NCBI GenBank assembly: GCA_963830105.1 | Contig: CAWHLH010000003.1 | Coordinates: 771,931 to 835,930 of the forward strand | Length of the DNA stretch: 64,000 bases | DNA from: an uncultured Gammaproteobacteria bacterium | Lineage (GTDB): Bacteria > Pseudomonadota > Gammaproteobacteria > DATFLG01 | Direction of reading: 5' to 3' | Shown: piece by piece, positions 8,734 through 18,908 of the stretch | Layout of the letters: each line of letters begins with the position of its first letter | How positions within the stretch are numbered: the first letter of the stretch is position 1 | The notes under the pieces: generated by a model | What the model was told of the DNA's origin: nothing | The model's database searches: none | The model's input: only the letters and a program-made list of their open reading frames with translations | Translations under genes and position numbers: made by a program

Positions 8734-9474
8734 TCACTGCAGATAGCTCTGCAGCTTGGTCTCGATGTTGCGCGGATTCTCCCCTTCGGCAATGGAGATC
8801 ACCCCTTCCACGATCATTTCCCGAAACTGCGTCTGACGGTGGACGTGGCTCTTGATCTTGCTGGACATGGGCAGGAAAAACAGGTTGGCCATGCCGACGC
8901 CATAGATCGTTGCCACAAACGCCGTGGCGATGCCGCCGCCGAGCTTGCTCGGATCGGCCAGATTGTTCATCACGTGGATCAGGCCCATGACCGCACCGAT
9001 AATGCCGATGGTCGGCGAGTAGCCGCCCATGCCCTCGAACACCTTCGCCGACTGGGTCGCCTCGTGTTCCTTGGCATCCATGTCCACTTCCAGAATGCCC
9101 CGTATGGTTTCCGGCTCGTTGCCGTCCACCAGCAGCTGCAGCCCCTTGCGCGCGAACAGGTCATCCTCGGTTTCCGCCATACTCTCCAGACCCAGCAAGC
9201 CCTCCTTGCGAGCGATGTTGCTCCAGTTGACGATCTTCTCGATGGCCTGCGCCGGTGCCAGCTTGGGAGGAATGAACACCCAGGCCGCCATTTTCAGCGC
9301 CCGGAAAAACGTGCTCATGGGCGTCTGTACCATGATGGCGCCGGTGGTGCCCCCGCCCACGATGATGAAAGCGGTCAACTGGATCAGCGATTCGAGATGA
9401 CCGCCCTCGATGAAATTGCCACCGAGGATGGCCGCGAACGCCAACACCACACCGACCAGGCTGAGGACGTCCAT
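8734..9474 (-). CDS. motC: Flagellar stator protein MotC (MotA-like proton channel)
   Basis: 246 aa with four hydrophobic segments. MDVLSLVGVVLAFAAILGGNFIEGGHLESLIQLTAFIIVGGGTTGAIMVQ and the C-terminal TAFVATIYGVGMANLFFLPMSSKI are MotA/TolQ/ExbB family signatures. Confidence 0.8.
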   Translation of the reverse strand: MDVLSLVGVVLAFAAILGGNFIEGGHLESLIQLTAFIIVGGGTTGAIMVQTPMSTFFRALKMAAWVFIPPKLAPAQAIEKIVNWSNIARKEGLLGLESMAETEDDLFARKGLQLLVDGNEPETIRGILEVDMDAKEHEATQSAKVFEGMGGYSPTIGIIGAVMGLIHVMNNLADPSKLGGGIATAFVATIYGVGMANLFFLPMSSKIKSHVHRQTQFREMIVEGVISIAEGENPRNIETKLQSYLQ

Positions 9475-9477
9475 GGC

Positions 9478-10527
9478 TTATACGCTCTTGGCGATGCTCG
9501 AACCTATATGGTCCAGCGGCAGCACCTGATCGGCCAGCCCTGCCTCCACGATTGCCATGGGCATTCCGTAAATGACGCAGCTGGCCTCGTCCTGGGCCCA
9601 CACCGTCGACCCACCGAGCTTGAGCGCCCGCGCGCCCTCACGCCCATCGGCACCCATGCCGGTCATCACCACGGCCAGCACCTTGCCCGGAAAGAGTCTG
9701 GCCGCGGAGTCGAAGGCAAGGTCGACCGACGGCCGATAGTGCAGGCTCGGATCGCCGTCGCTGATCCGCACACGCACCTGGCCCGCCCGCTGTTCCAGCG
9801 TCAGCTGCCGTCCACCGGGTGCAAGGTACGCGGTACCGGGAAGCAGCGCTTCGCCGTCCTCGGCTTCCTTTACGGAAATCGCACACTGCTGGTTCAGGCG
9901 CGCGGCAAACGCCGGGGTGAAACTGGCGGGCATGTGCTGCGCCAGCACGACCGGCACGTGCAGGTCCGCCGGCAGGTGCGCGAGAACCTGCTGCAGCGCC
10001 ACCGGCCCGCCGGTGGAACTGCCTATGACCACCAGTCGGTAGTCCTGACGTCGGTGGATGGTCGGCGGTGGCGGCGCGGCAGGTCTGGCGCCCGCCGGAT
10101 AGGCCAATCGCGCACGCGGCAGTCCGCGAGCGCCGATCTGGCGCACACGGGTGCGCAGCAGGTGCTTGGCCTGCTCGCGGTCCTTGGAAATATCGTCGAA
10201 GCGCTTGGGCAGAAAATCGACCGCGCCGGCTTCCAGGGCGTCCAGGGTGGCCTTCGCGCCCTCCTGGGTGAGCGAGGAGAACATCAATACCGGCGTCGGA
10301 TGGGTCGCCATGATGCGCCGCAGCGCGGTAATCCCGTCCATGACCGGCATTTCGATGTCCATGGTGACCACATCGGGATGCAGCTCGGCGGTCTTCATCA
10401 CCGCCTCCCGGCCATTGGCGGCCGTGCCGACGACCTCAATGCGGGGCTCGGCCGCAAGGATCTCGACGATGCGCCGCCGGAAGAAGCCCGAGTCGTCGAC
10501 TACCAGCACCCTTACTGCCATACCCAT
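9478..10527 (-). CDS. cheB: Chemotaxis methylesterase CheB (REC + CheB_methylest)
   Basis: RVLVVDDSGFFRRRIVEILAAEPRIEVVGTAANGREAVMKTAELHPDVVTMDIEMPVMDG is a REC domain. LVVIGSSTGGPVALQQVLAHLPADL...AQDEASCVIYGMP is the methylesterase catalytic core. Confidence 0.9.
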   Translation of the reverse strand: MGMAVRVLVVDDSGFFRRRIVEILAAEPRIEVVGTAANGREAVMKTAELHPDVVTMDIEMPVMDGITALRRIMATHPTPVLMFSSLTQEGAKATLDALEAGAVDFLPKRFDDISKDREQAKHLLRTRVRQIGARGLPRARLAYPAGARPAAPPPPTIHRRQDYRLVVIGSSTGGPVALQQVLAHLPADLHVPVVLAQHMPASFTPAFAARLNQQCAISVKEAEDGEALLPGTAYLAPGGRQLTLEQRAGQVRVRISDGDPSLHYRPSVDLAFDSAARLFPGKVLAVVMTGMGADGREGARALKLGGSTVWAQDEASCVIYGMPMAIVEAGLADQVLPLDHIGSSIAKSV

Positions 10528-10580
10528 ACCTTGATCTGCCTGTGTTGCTGGAACCGGGAATTGGCGGCCCTTCGCACGAC

Positions 10581-12635
10581 CTATATGCGCCGCGCGTATT
10601 TCTTCATCAGGCTCGGAACGTCCAGAATGAGCGCGATGTTGCCGTCGCCGGTAATGGTCGCGCCAGCGAAGCCGGCCAGTCCGTGCAGCAACGACCCAAG
10701 GGGTTTGATGACCACTTCTTCCTGGCCGATGAGCTGATCAACCACGAATCCCACCCGTTGGTTTCCCGCGTGCACCACAACCACGTGGCCGATATCGGTC
10801 GAAGACGACTGATTGTCGGACACCAGCCAGCTGCGCAGATAGAACAAGGGCAGCGCCTTGTCGCGCACAATCACCACCAGGCGTCCATCCACCACGTTTG
10901 TCCTGGAGGCGTCGAGATTGAAGATCTCGCTCACGCTCGCCAGTGGCAGCGCGAAGGTCTGGCGGCCGAGCACAACCATGAGCGTCGGCATGATCGCCAG
11001 CGTAAGCGGCACGCGGATGCTGATGCACGTTCCCTTTCCCAGACCTGACTGGATGTCCACGGTGCCGTTGAGCTGCGCAATACGGGTCTTGACCACGTCC
11101 ATGCCCACACCACGCCCGGAAAGGTCCGATATCTCCGACTTGGTGGAAAAACCGGGCATAAAGATCAGGTTCCAGCACTCGCGATCATCGAGCCGGGCCG
11201 CACTTTCCTGATCCATCAGCCCCTTTTCCACCGCCTTTTGCCGCAGAGCCTCCGGGTCCATGCCCTTGCCGTCGTCGTGGATGGACAGCAGGATATGGTC
11301 GCCTTCCTGCTCGGCGGACAGCACCACGGTACCCACTCGGGGTTTTCCCGCCGCCTCGCGTTCCTCGGGGCCTTCCAGGCCGTGGTCCACAGCGTTTCGC
11401 ACCAGATGCACCAGCGGATCTGCAAGCGCCTCGACCAGATTCTTGTCGAGATCGGTCTCCTCGCCCTGCATCTCCAGCACCACTTCCTTCTGCAGGCTGC
11501 GGGCGATGTCTCTCACCACTCGCGGAAAACGTCCGAAGACCTTCTTGATCGGCTGCATGCGCGTCTTCATGACCGCCGCCTGCAGGTCCGCCGTGACCAC
11601 GTCCAGGTTCGCTACCGCCTTGCCGATCTCCTCATCGGCTCTGCTCGCCTTCAAGGTGGCCAGCCGATTGCGCGCCAAGACCAGTTCCCCGACCAGATTC
11701 ATGATGTCGTCGAGGCGCTTGGTGTCCACGCGCACGGAAGCTTCTGCCTGCGGCTGGGACTGCCTCGCCGGTGCCGCCGACTTGGGAGCCGCCGCCGCTG
11801 GCGCCGGTTCACCGCCAGCCGGCGGCGCCGGCTGCTGGGGCTGAGGGCTCGCCGCCTTCCCCTGGAGTTGATCGAGCAGCGCCTCGAATTCGTCGTCGGT
11901 GATGGTGTCGTCGCCACCAGCCGCGGGCGAAGCCTCCACGGGCGGCGCATCAGACGCCGACGGCTCCTGCTCCGCGGAAACCGGTCCTGCGGGGGCCGCG
12001 CCCTGCCCGTGCAGCTGGTCGAGCAGCGCTTCGAATTCGTCGTCGGAAATATCATCGCTGCCGCCGGCGGCGGCCTGTGCCTGCTCGTCTGCCGCGGGAG
12101 CCGTTTCCCCGCCGGGCTGTGCAGCGTCCAGCAACGCCTCGAATTCGGCATCCGTGATGTCGCCTTCGGCCGAGTCCCCTGCGCCGTTTTCCACCTCGGC
12201 CTCGGCGGCCGCTGCGGGTGCCGCCGGCTGCACCGCGGCGGCGGCCTGCGGACGAGCCAGTGCCTCCAGCTGTGCCAGCAGCTCCGGATCGGCAGGCGTC
12301 GGTTCCTCCCCGGCCTGCACCTGGGAAAACATCACGTTGACGTCGTCGAGCACTTTCAGGACGGTGTCCATCAACACCGCATCGGTCTGACGTTCACCCT
12401 GGCGCAGAACGTTGAACACGTCCTCCGCCCGATGGCATACCGCTACCAGGGCGTCCAGGCCGAGGAAGCCGGCACCGCCCTTTACGGTATGGAAACCACG
12501 GAACACGGCGTTGAGCAAATCGGCATCCTGGGGCCGCTGCTCAAGCTCCACCAACTGCTCGTTGAGCTGCTCGAGGATCTCGCCGGCCTCGACCAGAAAG
12601 TCCTGGAGAATTTCGTCGTCAGCGTCGATCGCCAT
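10581..12635 (-). CDS. cheA: Chemotaxis histidine kinase CheA
   Basis: From the ATG at 12635 (GGGAGA RBS 5 nt upstream): MAIDADDEILQDFLVEAGEILEQLNEQLVELEQ...FRGFHTVKGGAGFLGL is an Hpt/P1 domain. A long acidic linker follows, then HATPase (DHGLEG...HDDGKGMD) and a C-terminal CheW-like domain. The track ORF extends 28 codons further upstream. Confidence 0.9.
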   Translation of the reverse strand: MAIDADDEILQDFLVEAGEILEQLNEQLVELEQRPQDADLLNAVFRGFHTVKGGAGFLGLDALVAVCHRAEDVFNVLRQGERQTDAVLMDTVLKVLDDVNVMFSQVQAGEEPTPADPELLAQLEALARPQAAAAVQPAAPAAAAEAEVENGAGDSAEGDITDAEFEALLDAAQPGGETAPAADEQAQAAAGGSDDISDDEFEALLDQLHGQGAAPAGPVSAEQEPSASDAPPVEASPAAGGDDTITDDEFEALLDQLQGKAASPQPQQPAPPAGGEPAPAAAAPKSAAPARQSQPQAEASVRVDTKRLDDIMNLVGELVLARNRLATLKASRADEEIGKAVANLDVVTADLQAAVMKTRMQPIKKVFGRFPRVVRDIARSLQKEVVLEMQGEETDLDKNLVEALADPLVHLVRNAVDHGLEGPEEREAAGKPRVGTVVLSAEQEGDHILLSIHDDGKGMDPEALRQKAVEKGLMDQESAARLDDRECWNLIFMPGFSTKSEISDLSGRGVGMDVVKTRIAQLNGTVDIQSGLGKGTCISIRVPLTLAIMPTLMVVLGRQTFALPLASVSEIFNLDASRTNVVDGRLVVIVRDKALPLFYLRSWLVSDNQSSSTDIGHVVVVHAGNQRVGFVVDQLIGQEEVVIKPLGSLLHGLAGFAGATITGDGNIALILDVPSLMKKYARRI
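11860..12200. repeat. Threefold imperfect tandem repeat inside the cheA P1-P2 linker
   Basis: Protein-level repeats ITDAEFEALLDAAQ / ISDDEFEALLDQLHG / ITDDEFEALLDQLQG separated by Ala/Pro/acidic spacers. DNA-level repeats of …tcgaattcgtcgtcgg… near 11882, 12031 and 12139. Confidence 0.7.
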
Positions 12636-12645
12636 CGGCGTCTCC

Positions 12646-13392
12646 CTAGAAACCGAGGCTCGACAGGATGTCGTCGACGTCGTCCTGTCCGGAAACGACC
12701 TCGGCCACGTTGTCCACACCCGGTACGGTTGGCCCTTGGCAGCCCCTGTCGTCCTGCATGACAGACACGCCGTCGGCGCCCTTCATGCGGGCTCCCGAAA
12801 TGCGTACCAGGGACACCAGGTTTTCTTCCACTTCCTTGACCAGCGCAATCACCTTGCGGATGATCTGGCCGGTCAGGTCCTGGAAATCCTGGGCCATCAA
12901 CACATCCGACAGATGCTGACTGAGGCGGGCGGCGCGATCTGAGGTCTGGCTGAAGAAGTCGTCCAATGTACTGCTGAGCTCGCGGAACTCTTCGATGCTC
13001 ATATCCCTGCGACGAAACCGATGCCACTGGGCCAGCAGGTCGTCAGCGTCGCGCTTGAGCTCATCGGAAACGGGAAGCGCTTCCTCCACAACGCTCAATG
13101 TGCGATGCGCTGCCTGTTCGGTCATGGTGATGACGTAGCTCAGCCGTTCCTGGGCGTCCGGAATGTCGGTCTGCGCCAGCGCGGACACGCGCGAGTCCAC
13201 ATGGAAACTGTTCAGGGCCTCATGCAGGTCACGGGTCAGTTTGCCGAGTTCCTGAAACAGACCGTCATCACGGGAGCGGGTGAGGCGATCGAGCAAGCTG
13301 CTGGCTCCCGCTTCGTTGCCAGCCTCCAACTCCGTCACCAATTGGCGGGCCTGGGCGATACAATCGTCTCTTGTCAGCCAGTTATCGTCCAT
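12646..13392 (-). CDS. cheZ: CheY-P phosphatase CheZ
   Basis: 248 aa acidic protein. The motif DLTGQIIRKV (CheZ catalytic Gln region ...QDFQDLTGQ...) and its position between cheY and cheA support the call. Confidence 0.8.
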   Translation of the reverse strand: MDDNWLTRDDCIAQARQLVTELEAGNEAGASSLLDRLTRSRDDGLFQELGKLTRDLHEALNSFHVDSRVSALAQTDIPDAQERLSYVITMTEQAAHRTLSVVEEALPVSDELKRDADDLLAQWHRFRRRDMSIEEFRELSSTLDDFFSQTSDRAARLSQHLSDVLMAQDFQDLTGQIIRKVIALVKEVEENLVSLVRISGARMKGADGVSVMQDDRGCQGPTVPGVDNVAEVVSGQDDVDDILSSLGF

Positions 13393-13400
13393 CTGCCCTC

Positions 13401-13796
13401 CTAGCTTTGGGCCGCCGCGAGCCGTTCGAATATCTTGTCGATCTTCTCTTTCAGAGTGACCGCCGTGAACGGTTTGACGACGTAGCCGTTCACGCCGGCC
13501 TGCGCGGCTTCCACGATCTGATCCTTTTTCGCTTCGGCAGTCACCATGAGCACCGGCAGACTGGAGAGCTTGGCGTCGGCGCGCACGGCTTTGAGCAGGT
13601 CGATGCCCGTCATCCCGGGCATGTTCCAGTCCGTGATGAGAAAATCGAAGTTACCGGACTGCAGGACCGGCAGCGCGCTGTTACCGTCGTCCGCCTCCTG
13701 GGTGTTATTGAAACCCAGATCCCGCAGCAGGTTCTTGATGATCCGACGCATCGTGGAGAAGTCGTCCACGATGAGGATCTTCATGTTCTTGTCCAA
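13401..13796 (-). CDS. cheY: Chemotaxis response regulator CheY
   Basis: 131 aa. [60 protein letters not shown]...[22 protein letters not shown] is a canonical CheY. Confidence 0.92.
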   Translation of the reverse strand: MDKNMKILIVDDFSTMRRIIKNLLRDLGFNNTQEADDGNSALPVLQSGNFDFLITDWNMPGMTGIDLLKAVRADAKLSSLPVLMVTAEAKKDQIVEAAQAGVNGYVVKPFTAVTLKEKIDKIFERLAAAQS

Positions 13797-13862
13797 AAGT
13801 ACCTCCTAACTGACCTTGCGGGCATCCCGCTCCAGCACGTGACGCCCTACCCAGGCGTGGCC

Positions 13863-14600
13863 CTACTCTTCGATCTCGGACACCCATTCGCCCATGCGGG
13901 CGCGCAATCGGATCAGCGCCTGCCCGTGGATCTGGCAGACCCGCGACTCGCTGACACCCAGCACTTCACCGATTTCGCGCAGGTTCAACTCTTCGTCGTA
14001 GTACAGAGCCATGACCAGCCGCTCCCGTTCGGGCAGCCCGGCTATCCCCTCGGCAAGGGCGTTGCGAAAGGCGTCGTGCTGCAGATTCTCCAGCGGTTCG
14101 TTGCTCTGGCCCATGGTCGCAGCATCCGGCTCGTCGCCGGCCGAAGCTGGATCGTCGAAGCTGAACACCCGGCAGCCGCTGGCATCCTGGAGAATGCGGT
14201 GGTATTCATGCAGTCCGATGCCAAGCACATCGGCCACTTCATTGTCCCGCGCATCCCGGCCGTGCTCGTTCTCGATCTGCCGCACCGCCTCCGCTACCTG
14301 GCGCGCCTTGCGGTGCACCGAGCGCGGCGTCCAATCGGTGCGGCGGATCTCGTCGAGCATCGCCCCGCGGATGCGGATGCCGGCGTAGGTCTCGAAACTG
14401 GCACCCTGAGAGGCATCGTAGTTACGCGCCGCCTCCAGCAGTCCGATCATGCCCGCCTGGATGAGGTCATCGGACTGCACACTGGGAGGCAGTCGACTCA
14501 TCAGATGGAAGGCGATCCGTTTGACCAGCGCCGCATGGCGGTGCACCAAATCATCGTAGTCCCGTTCTTGAGTAGCGGCGTACATTGCAACCCCATTCAT
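13863..14600 (-). CDS. fliA: Flagellar sigma factor FliA (sigma-28)
   Basis: From the ATG at 14600 (ATGA overlap with the fleN stop): MNGVAMYAATQERDYDDLVHRHAALVKRIAFHLMSRLPPSVQSDDLIQAGMIGLLEAARNYD (region 2), ...ERERLVMALYYDEELNLREIGEVLGVSESRVCQIH (region 4 HTH). Confidence 0.9.
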   Translation of the reverse strand: MNGVAMYAATQERDYDDLVHRHAALVKRIAFHLMSRLPPSVQSDDLIQAGMIGLLEAARNYDASQGASFETYAGIRIRGAMLDEIRRTDWTPRSVHRKARQVAEAVRQIENEHGRDARDNEVADVLGIGLHEYHRILQDASGCRVFSFDDPASAGDEPDAATMGQSNEPLENLQHDAFRNALAEGIAGLPERERLVMALYYDEELNLREIGEVLGVSESRVCQIHGQALIRLRARMGEWVSEIEE

Positions 14601-15484
14601 CGCAGCATCTCCATCTCGCCACAACTGGACTGGATGAGCCGCTCGACGAAGAATTCCAGATGGCCGCCCGCACCTGTGGGTACGGGCCATCTATCGGCCT
14701 TCTGGGCCAGATTCTTGAATGCCATGGCCGCGCGGCTGCGCGGATAGGCGTCCACGACGGCCCGCTGCTTCTGCACCGCCTTGCGCAGGTACTCGTCGTG
14801 GGGGACCGTACCCAGATATTCCAGGGTTACATCCAGGTAGCGGTCGGTGACCCGGGATATCTTGTTGAACAAGTCCCGGCCCTCCTGGGCACTGCGGGTC
14901 ATGTTGGCCAACACCCGGAAGCGCTCCAGGCCATACTCGCGGCTCAACAGCTTGATCAGCGCATAAGCATCGGTGATGGAAGCCGGCTCATCGCAGACAA
15001 CCACAACGACCTCCTGCGAGGCGCGACTGAAGCTGGTGACGCTGTCGGATATCCCGGCAGCCGTGTCCACCACCAGCACGTCCAGGTCGTAGCTCAACTC
15101 GCTGAATGCTCGGATCACACCGGCGTGCTCCGCCGGGCTGAGCTCCGCCATATGCTTGGTGCCCGAGGTGGCCGGCACGATTTTCAGGCCCGACGGGCCC
15201 TCCACGATGACTTCCTCCAGAGTCCGTTCGCCCTTTATCACGTGGGACAAGTCGTAGGCAGGATGGAGGCCCAACAGCACATCGACGTTGGCGAGCCCCA
15301 GGTCCGCATCCATGAGCATCACCTCGCGTCCGCTGTCGGCCAGCGCGACGGAGAGATTCACCGAGACATTTGTCTTGCCGACCCCGCCCTTGCCGCTGGT
15401 TACGGCGATCACGCGGACCGGCCGCGGTTGGGCCATGCGGCGCAATCCCGCCGCCTGATCGAACTTCATTTCAGCCATGAGCAT
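14597..15484 (-). CDS. fleN: Flagellar number regulator FleN/FlhG (MinD-like ATPase)
   Basis: VRVIAVTSGKGGVGKTNVSVNLSVALADSGREVMLMDADLGLANVD is a MinD/FlhG deviant Walker A. Start is uncertain: ATG candidates at 15484, 15478 and 15469. A GGAGGA sits 10 nt upstream of the 15484 ATG. The track ORF begins at a TTG at 15502. Confidence 0.8.
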   Translation of the reverse strand: MLMAEMKFDQAAGLRRMAQPRPVRVIAVTSGKGGVGKTNVSVNLSVALADSGREVMLMDADLGLANVDVLLGLHPAYDLSHVIKGERTLEEVIVEGPSGLKIVPATSGTKHMAELSPAEHAGVIRAFSELSYDLDVLVVDTAAGISDSVTSFSRASQEVVVVVCDEPASITDAYALIKLLSREYGLERFRVLANMTRSAQEGRDLFNKISRVTDRYLDVTLEYLGTVPHDEYLRKAVQKQRAVVDAYPRSRAAMAFKNLAQKADRWPVPTGAGGHLEFFVERLIQSSCGEMEMLR

Positions 15485-16733
15485 TCGCCGCCATTCCTCC
15501 AAACTGCTCGGGCAAGGCCTGGGTCTCGGCCCTCCGCTCCTCTTGCATCAATGTCACGGCACGGCTCACCAGGTTGTGGCTGCGCGCCGGGTGCATGTCT
15601 TCCGGCACACGCTGCCCGTCGCCGACGTAGCCCAAAGGCAGGTCATGCCGCACGATAACCGACAGGGCGCCGCCGAGACTGGCGGCTTCGTCCATCTTGG
15701 TCAGAATGCATCCATCCAGGGCACCGGCCCGGAATGCCCGCACCGACTCGTCGAGCACCGACTGCTGAGTGGTGGCCGACATGACCAGGTAGGTGCGTAT
15801 CGGACTGCCCGTCCCCGCCAGCGTGGCGAACTGCTCGCTGAGACGTACGTCCCGTTGACTCATGCCGGCGGTATCGATCAGTACCAACTGCTTGTCGAGC
15901 AGACTACGCAGGGCCGCCTGCAGTTCGCCGGCGTCGGCTGCCACCTGCACCGGCACCCCGAGAATGCGTCCGTAGGTCAACAGCTGCTCATGGGCGCCGA
16001 TGCGGTAGCTGTCGGTGGTGACCAGGGCCACATTGCGCTGACCGTGGCGCAGGGCGTAGCGCGCAGCGAGCTTGGCCACGGTGGTGGTCTTGCCCACGCC
16101 GGTAGGCCCCACCAGGGCCACCACCCCACCGTGCGTCAAAATATCGTCGTCCGTCACCGGGACCCGGTGAGCGAGCAGGGCCAGGGCATGGCGCCACGCC
16201 TGGGCCTCGTCCGCCGTCGGGTCGGTACCGTCGACCAGGCTCTGGCACAGTTCGGGCTGGAGCCCGAGATGCGACAAGCGGCGCAGCAGGCCTGCCTGTA
16301 CCGGATGGCGCCGCTCGGTGTCGTTCCACGCCAGCTGGGCGACCTGCTGCTCGAGCATGTCACGGAGCTGCTTGAGCTCCTGCTGCATGGCCACCAGCGC
16401 CGGATCCTGAGACCAGTAGATACCGGATTTGCCAGGGGTGGGGGCATCGTGGTCCCGGCGCTCGGCATGGGTCGAACCGGACAGATCGGACGGCGCCTCG
16501 ACCCCGGCCGGGGATGGCGTGGACGCTGCACCGGGCAGCGGGGTGCCGGGCCCGGTCCGCGCCGTCGCTGCAGCCCGTTCCACCAGGGCTTCGTCGTAGT
16601 CGATGGCTGAAATGATTTCCACGCCGCCGTTGACCTTGCGGTTGGAAAGGATGACGGCGTCCGGGCCCTGCTCTTCACGCACCATGCGGATCGCCTGGCG
16701 CATGTCGGGTGCGAAATATCGCTTAATCTTCAT
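15471..16733 (-). CDS. flhF: Flagellar biosynthesis GTPase FlhF (SRP-type)
   Basis: N-terminus MKIKRYFAPDMRQAIRMVREEQGPDAVILSNRKVNGGVEIISAIDYD, then GPTGVGKTTTVAKLAARY and DTAG, the SRP-GTPase motifs. Located between flhA and fleN. Confidence 0.9.
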   Translation of the reverse strand: MKIKRYFAPDMRQAIRMVREEQGPDAVILSNRKVNGGVEIISAIDYDEALVERAAATARTGPGTPLPGAASTPSPAGVEAPSDLSGSTHAERRDHDAPTPGKSGIYWSQDPALVAMQQELKQLRDMLEQQVAQLAWNDTERRHPVQAGLLRRLSHLGLQPELCQSLVDGTDPTADEAQAWRHALALLAHRVPVTDDDILTHGGVVALVGPTGVGKTTTVAKLAARYALRHGQRNVALVTTDSYRIGAHEQLLTYGRILGVPVQVAADAGELQAALRSLLDKQLVLIDTAGMSQRDVRLSEQFATLAGTGSPIRTYLVMSATTQQSVLDESVRAFRAGALDGCILTKMDEAASLGGALSVIVRHDLPLGYVGDGQRVPEDMHPARSHNLVSRAVTLMQEERRAETQALPEQFGGMAANAHG

Positions 16734-16763
16734 GAAATCATCCTCAACTCAACCGCACAGCCG

Positions 16764-18884
16764 TCAGGCTCCCACCGCCTCCGGAGCGCCCAGCCCGGTC
16801 GTCATGCGCCCCACCGTACTGACGACCTTGATCTGTTTGTTGTCCGGGACCTCGTTGTACGCGAGCACGTGCAGGTTCGGGATGCTGTGGCGGACCAACC
16901 TCGCCAGCCAGGCCCGGACCCCCGGGGAAACCAGCAGCACGGCAGGCTGTCCGATCGCCTCCTGACGCTGGGCGCTCTCGGCCAGCGCACTGTGCATCCG
17001 GTCTGCGAGCCCCGGCTCGAAGCCGGCACTGCCGTCCGCGGTGCTCTGAACCGACTGCTGCAATATCTGTTCCAGTGATGGCTCCAGCGTAATTACCGGG
17101 AGGTCAGGCGCCATGCCATTGATATGCTGTACAATTGATCGACCAAGCGCCGCCCGCACCGCCGCAGTGAGGACGCCGGCGTCTTGACTGTGAGGGGCGT
17201 ACTCCGCCAGCGTTTCGGCAATGGTTCGCATATCCCGCACGGGGATCTGCTCTTCCAGCAGGTTCTGCAGCACCTTCAGCAAGCCGCCCAGGGAAAGCGC
17301 CTTGGGCACCAGGTCCTCCACCAGCTTGGGGGCCGACTTGGCGAGCATGTCCAGCAGCTGCTGTACCTCCTCGTGACCCAGCAGCTCGTGGGCATGCTGC
17401 TGCAATAGCTGACTGAGGTGGGTAGCGACGACGGTACTGGCGTCGACCACGGTGTAGCCCATGGCCTGGGCGTCGTCGCGCTGGGCCGGATCGACCCACA
17501 CCGCCTCCATGCCGAAGGCAGGATCCTTGGTGGAAATACCCTGCAGCGTGCCGAATACCTGGCCGGGGTTGATGGCCAGCTCGTGCTCGGGATGGACTTC
17601 CGCTTCGCCCACCGGGACACCCATCAGCGTGATGCGATAGGCGTTGGGCGCCAGGTCCAGGTTGTCCCGGATGTGCACCGACTGCACCAGAAAGCCCAGC
17701 TCCTGGGAAAGCTTCTTGCGCACCCCCTTTATCCGGGCCATGAGCGGCCCGCCCTGATTGCGGTCCACCAGCGGAATCAGCCGGTAGCCAACCTCGAGCC
17801 CGATGATGTCCACCGGCGCCACATCGTCCCAACTCAGTTCCTGGTGTTCGGAACTGGCCGGCTCGGAGGCGCTCACCACTTCCGGCTGCTCGGCTTCGGC
17901 GTTCTGGCGCATGCGCAGCCAGTAGGCCCCGCCTCCCAGCAGCCCCGCCAACAGTATGAACGGCAGATTCGGCATGCCGGGCACCAACCCCAGGATCCCG
18001 ATAATGCCGGCCGCAACGCCCAACGCCCGGGGATTGCCCAGCAGTTGCGTACTGATCTGCTCGGACATGTTCTGTGAGCTGGAAACCCGCGTGACAATCA
18101 CCGCGGTCGCGGTCGACAGCAGCAGCGACGGAATCTGGGCCACCAGGCCGTCACCGATGGTCAGCAGCGTGTAGTTGTGGAGCGCGGCGTTCAGTGGCAT
18201 GCCGTGTTGCGCCATCCCGATAGCCAGGCCGCCGATGATGTTGATGAACAAAATCAGAATGCCGGCTATGGCATCGCCGCGCACAAACTTGCTGGCACCG
18301 TCCATGGCGCCGTAGAAGTCCGCCTCCTGGCCGACTTCCTCACGACGATTTCGCGCCTCGTCCGCAGTAATCAGCCCGGCGTTGAGGTCGGCGTCGATCG
18401 CCATCTGCTTGCCAGGCATGGCATCCAGAGTGAACCGGGCGGTCACCTCCGATACGCGCCCTGCGCCTTTGGTGACCACCACAAAATTGATAATGACCAG
18501 GATGGAGAACACCACCAGGCCCACGGCGTAGTTGCCGCCGATGACGAATTCGCCGAACGCCTCGATGACATGGCCCGCGGCCGCCGTTCCGCTATGCCCA
18601 TGCAGCAGCACCACGCGCGTCGAGGCGATGTTCAGAGCCAGGCGTAGCAGAGTGGCCATCAGCAGAACGGTGGGGAATGCGCCGAAGTCCAGAGGCCGAA
18701 GCGCATAAATACTGACCAGCATGACCACCAGCGACAGCGATATGTTGAAGGTGAACAGCATGTCCAGCGCAAATGGCGGCAGCGGGATAACCATCATCGC
18801 CATTATGACCACCAGCAGCAGTGGCGCCCCAAGACCGCTGCGCGACAGGCTGCGCAGGTTCTCCAGCAATGAAGTACTGTTCAT
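16764..18884 (-). CDS. flhA: Flagellar export apparatus protein FlhA
   Basis: 706 aa. N-terminal TM region, FHxxxG-like segment, and conserved cytoplasmic domain (…GVPVGEAEVHPEHELAINPGQV…). Confidence 0.95.
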   Translation of the reverse strand: MNSTSLLENLRSLSRSGLGAPLLLVVIMAMMVIPLPPFALDMLFTFNISLSLVVMLVSIYALRPLDFGAFPTVLLMATLLRLALNIASTRVVLLHGHSGTAAAGHVIEAFGEFVIGGNYAVGLVVFSILVIINFVVVTKGAGRVSEVTARFTLDAMPGKQMAIDADLNAGLITADEARNRREEVGQEADFYGAMDGASKFVRGDAIAGILILFINIIGGLAIGMAQHGMPLNAALHNYTLLTIGDGLVAQIPSLLLSTATAVIVTRVSSSQNMSEQISTQLLGNPRALGVAAGIIGILGLVPGMPNLPFILLAGLLGGGAYWLRMRQNAEAEQPEVVSASEPASSEHQELSWDDVAPVDIIGLEVGYRLIPLVDRNQGGPLMARIKGVRKKLSQELGFLVQSVHIRDNLDLAPNAYRITLMGVPVGEAEVHPEHELAINPGQVFGTLQGISTKDPAFGMEAVWVDPAQRDDAQAMGYTVVDASTVVATHLSQLLQQHAHELLGHEEVQQLLDMLAKSAPKLVEDLVPKALSLGGLLKVLQNLLEEQIPVRDMRTIAETLAEYAPHSQDAGVLTAAVRAALGRSIVQHINGMAPDLPVITLEPSLEQILQQSVQSTADGSAGFEPGLADRMHSALAESAQRQEAIGQPAVLLVSPGVRAWLARLVRHSIPNLHVLAYNEVPDNKQIKVVSTVGRMTTGLGAPEAVGA

Positions 18885-18908
18885 GAGTGACGCCCCTTGT
18901 ATCTGTCG

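Noticed and set aside
7489-10737. 1082-aa plus-strand ORF, and similar long plus ORFs (11238-12761, 13371-14747, 15477-16610, 18897-20171, 19588-20919, 25519-28158, 28899-30356, 34529-36043, 35713-36975, 37087-38103, 62375-63340)
   Set aside because: All lie antisense to well-recognised flagellar or chemotaxis genes. Their translations are Arg/Gly/His-rich low-complexity strings typical of the reverse frame of high-GC coding DNA. No RBS or known domains.
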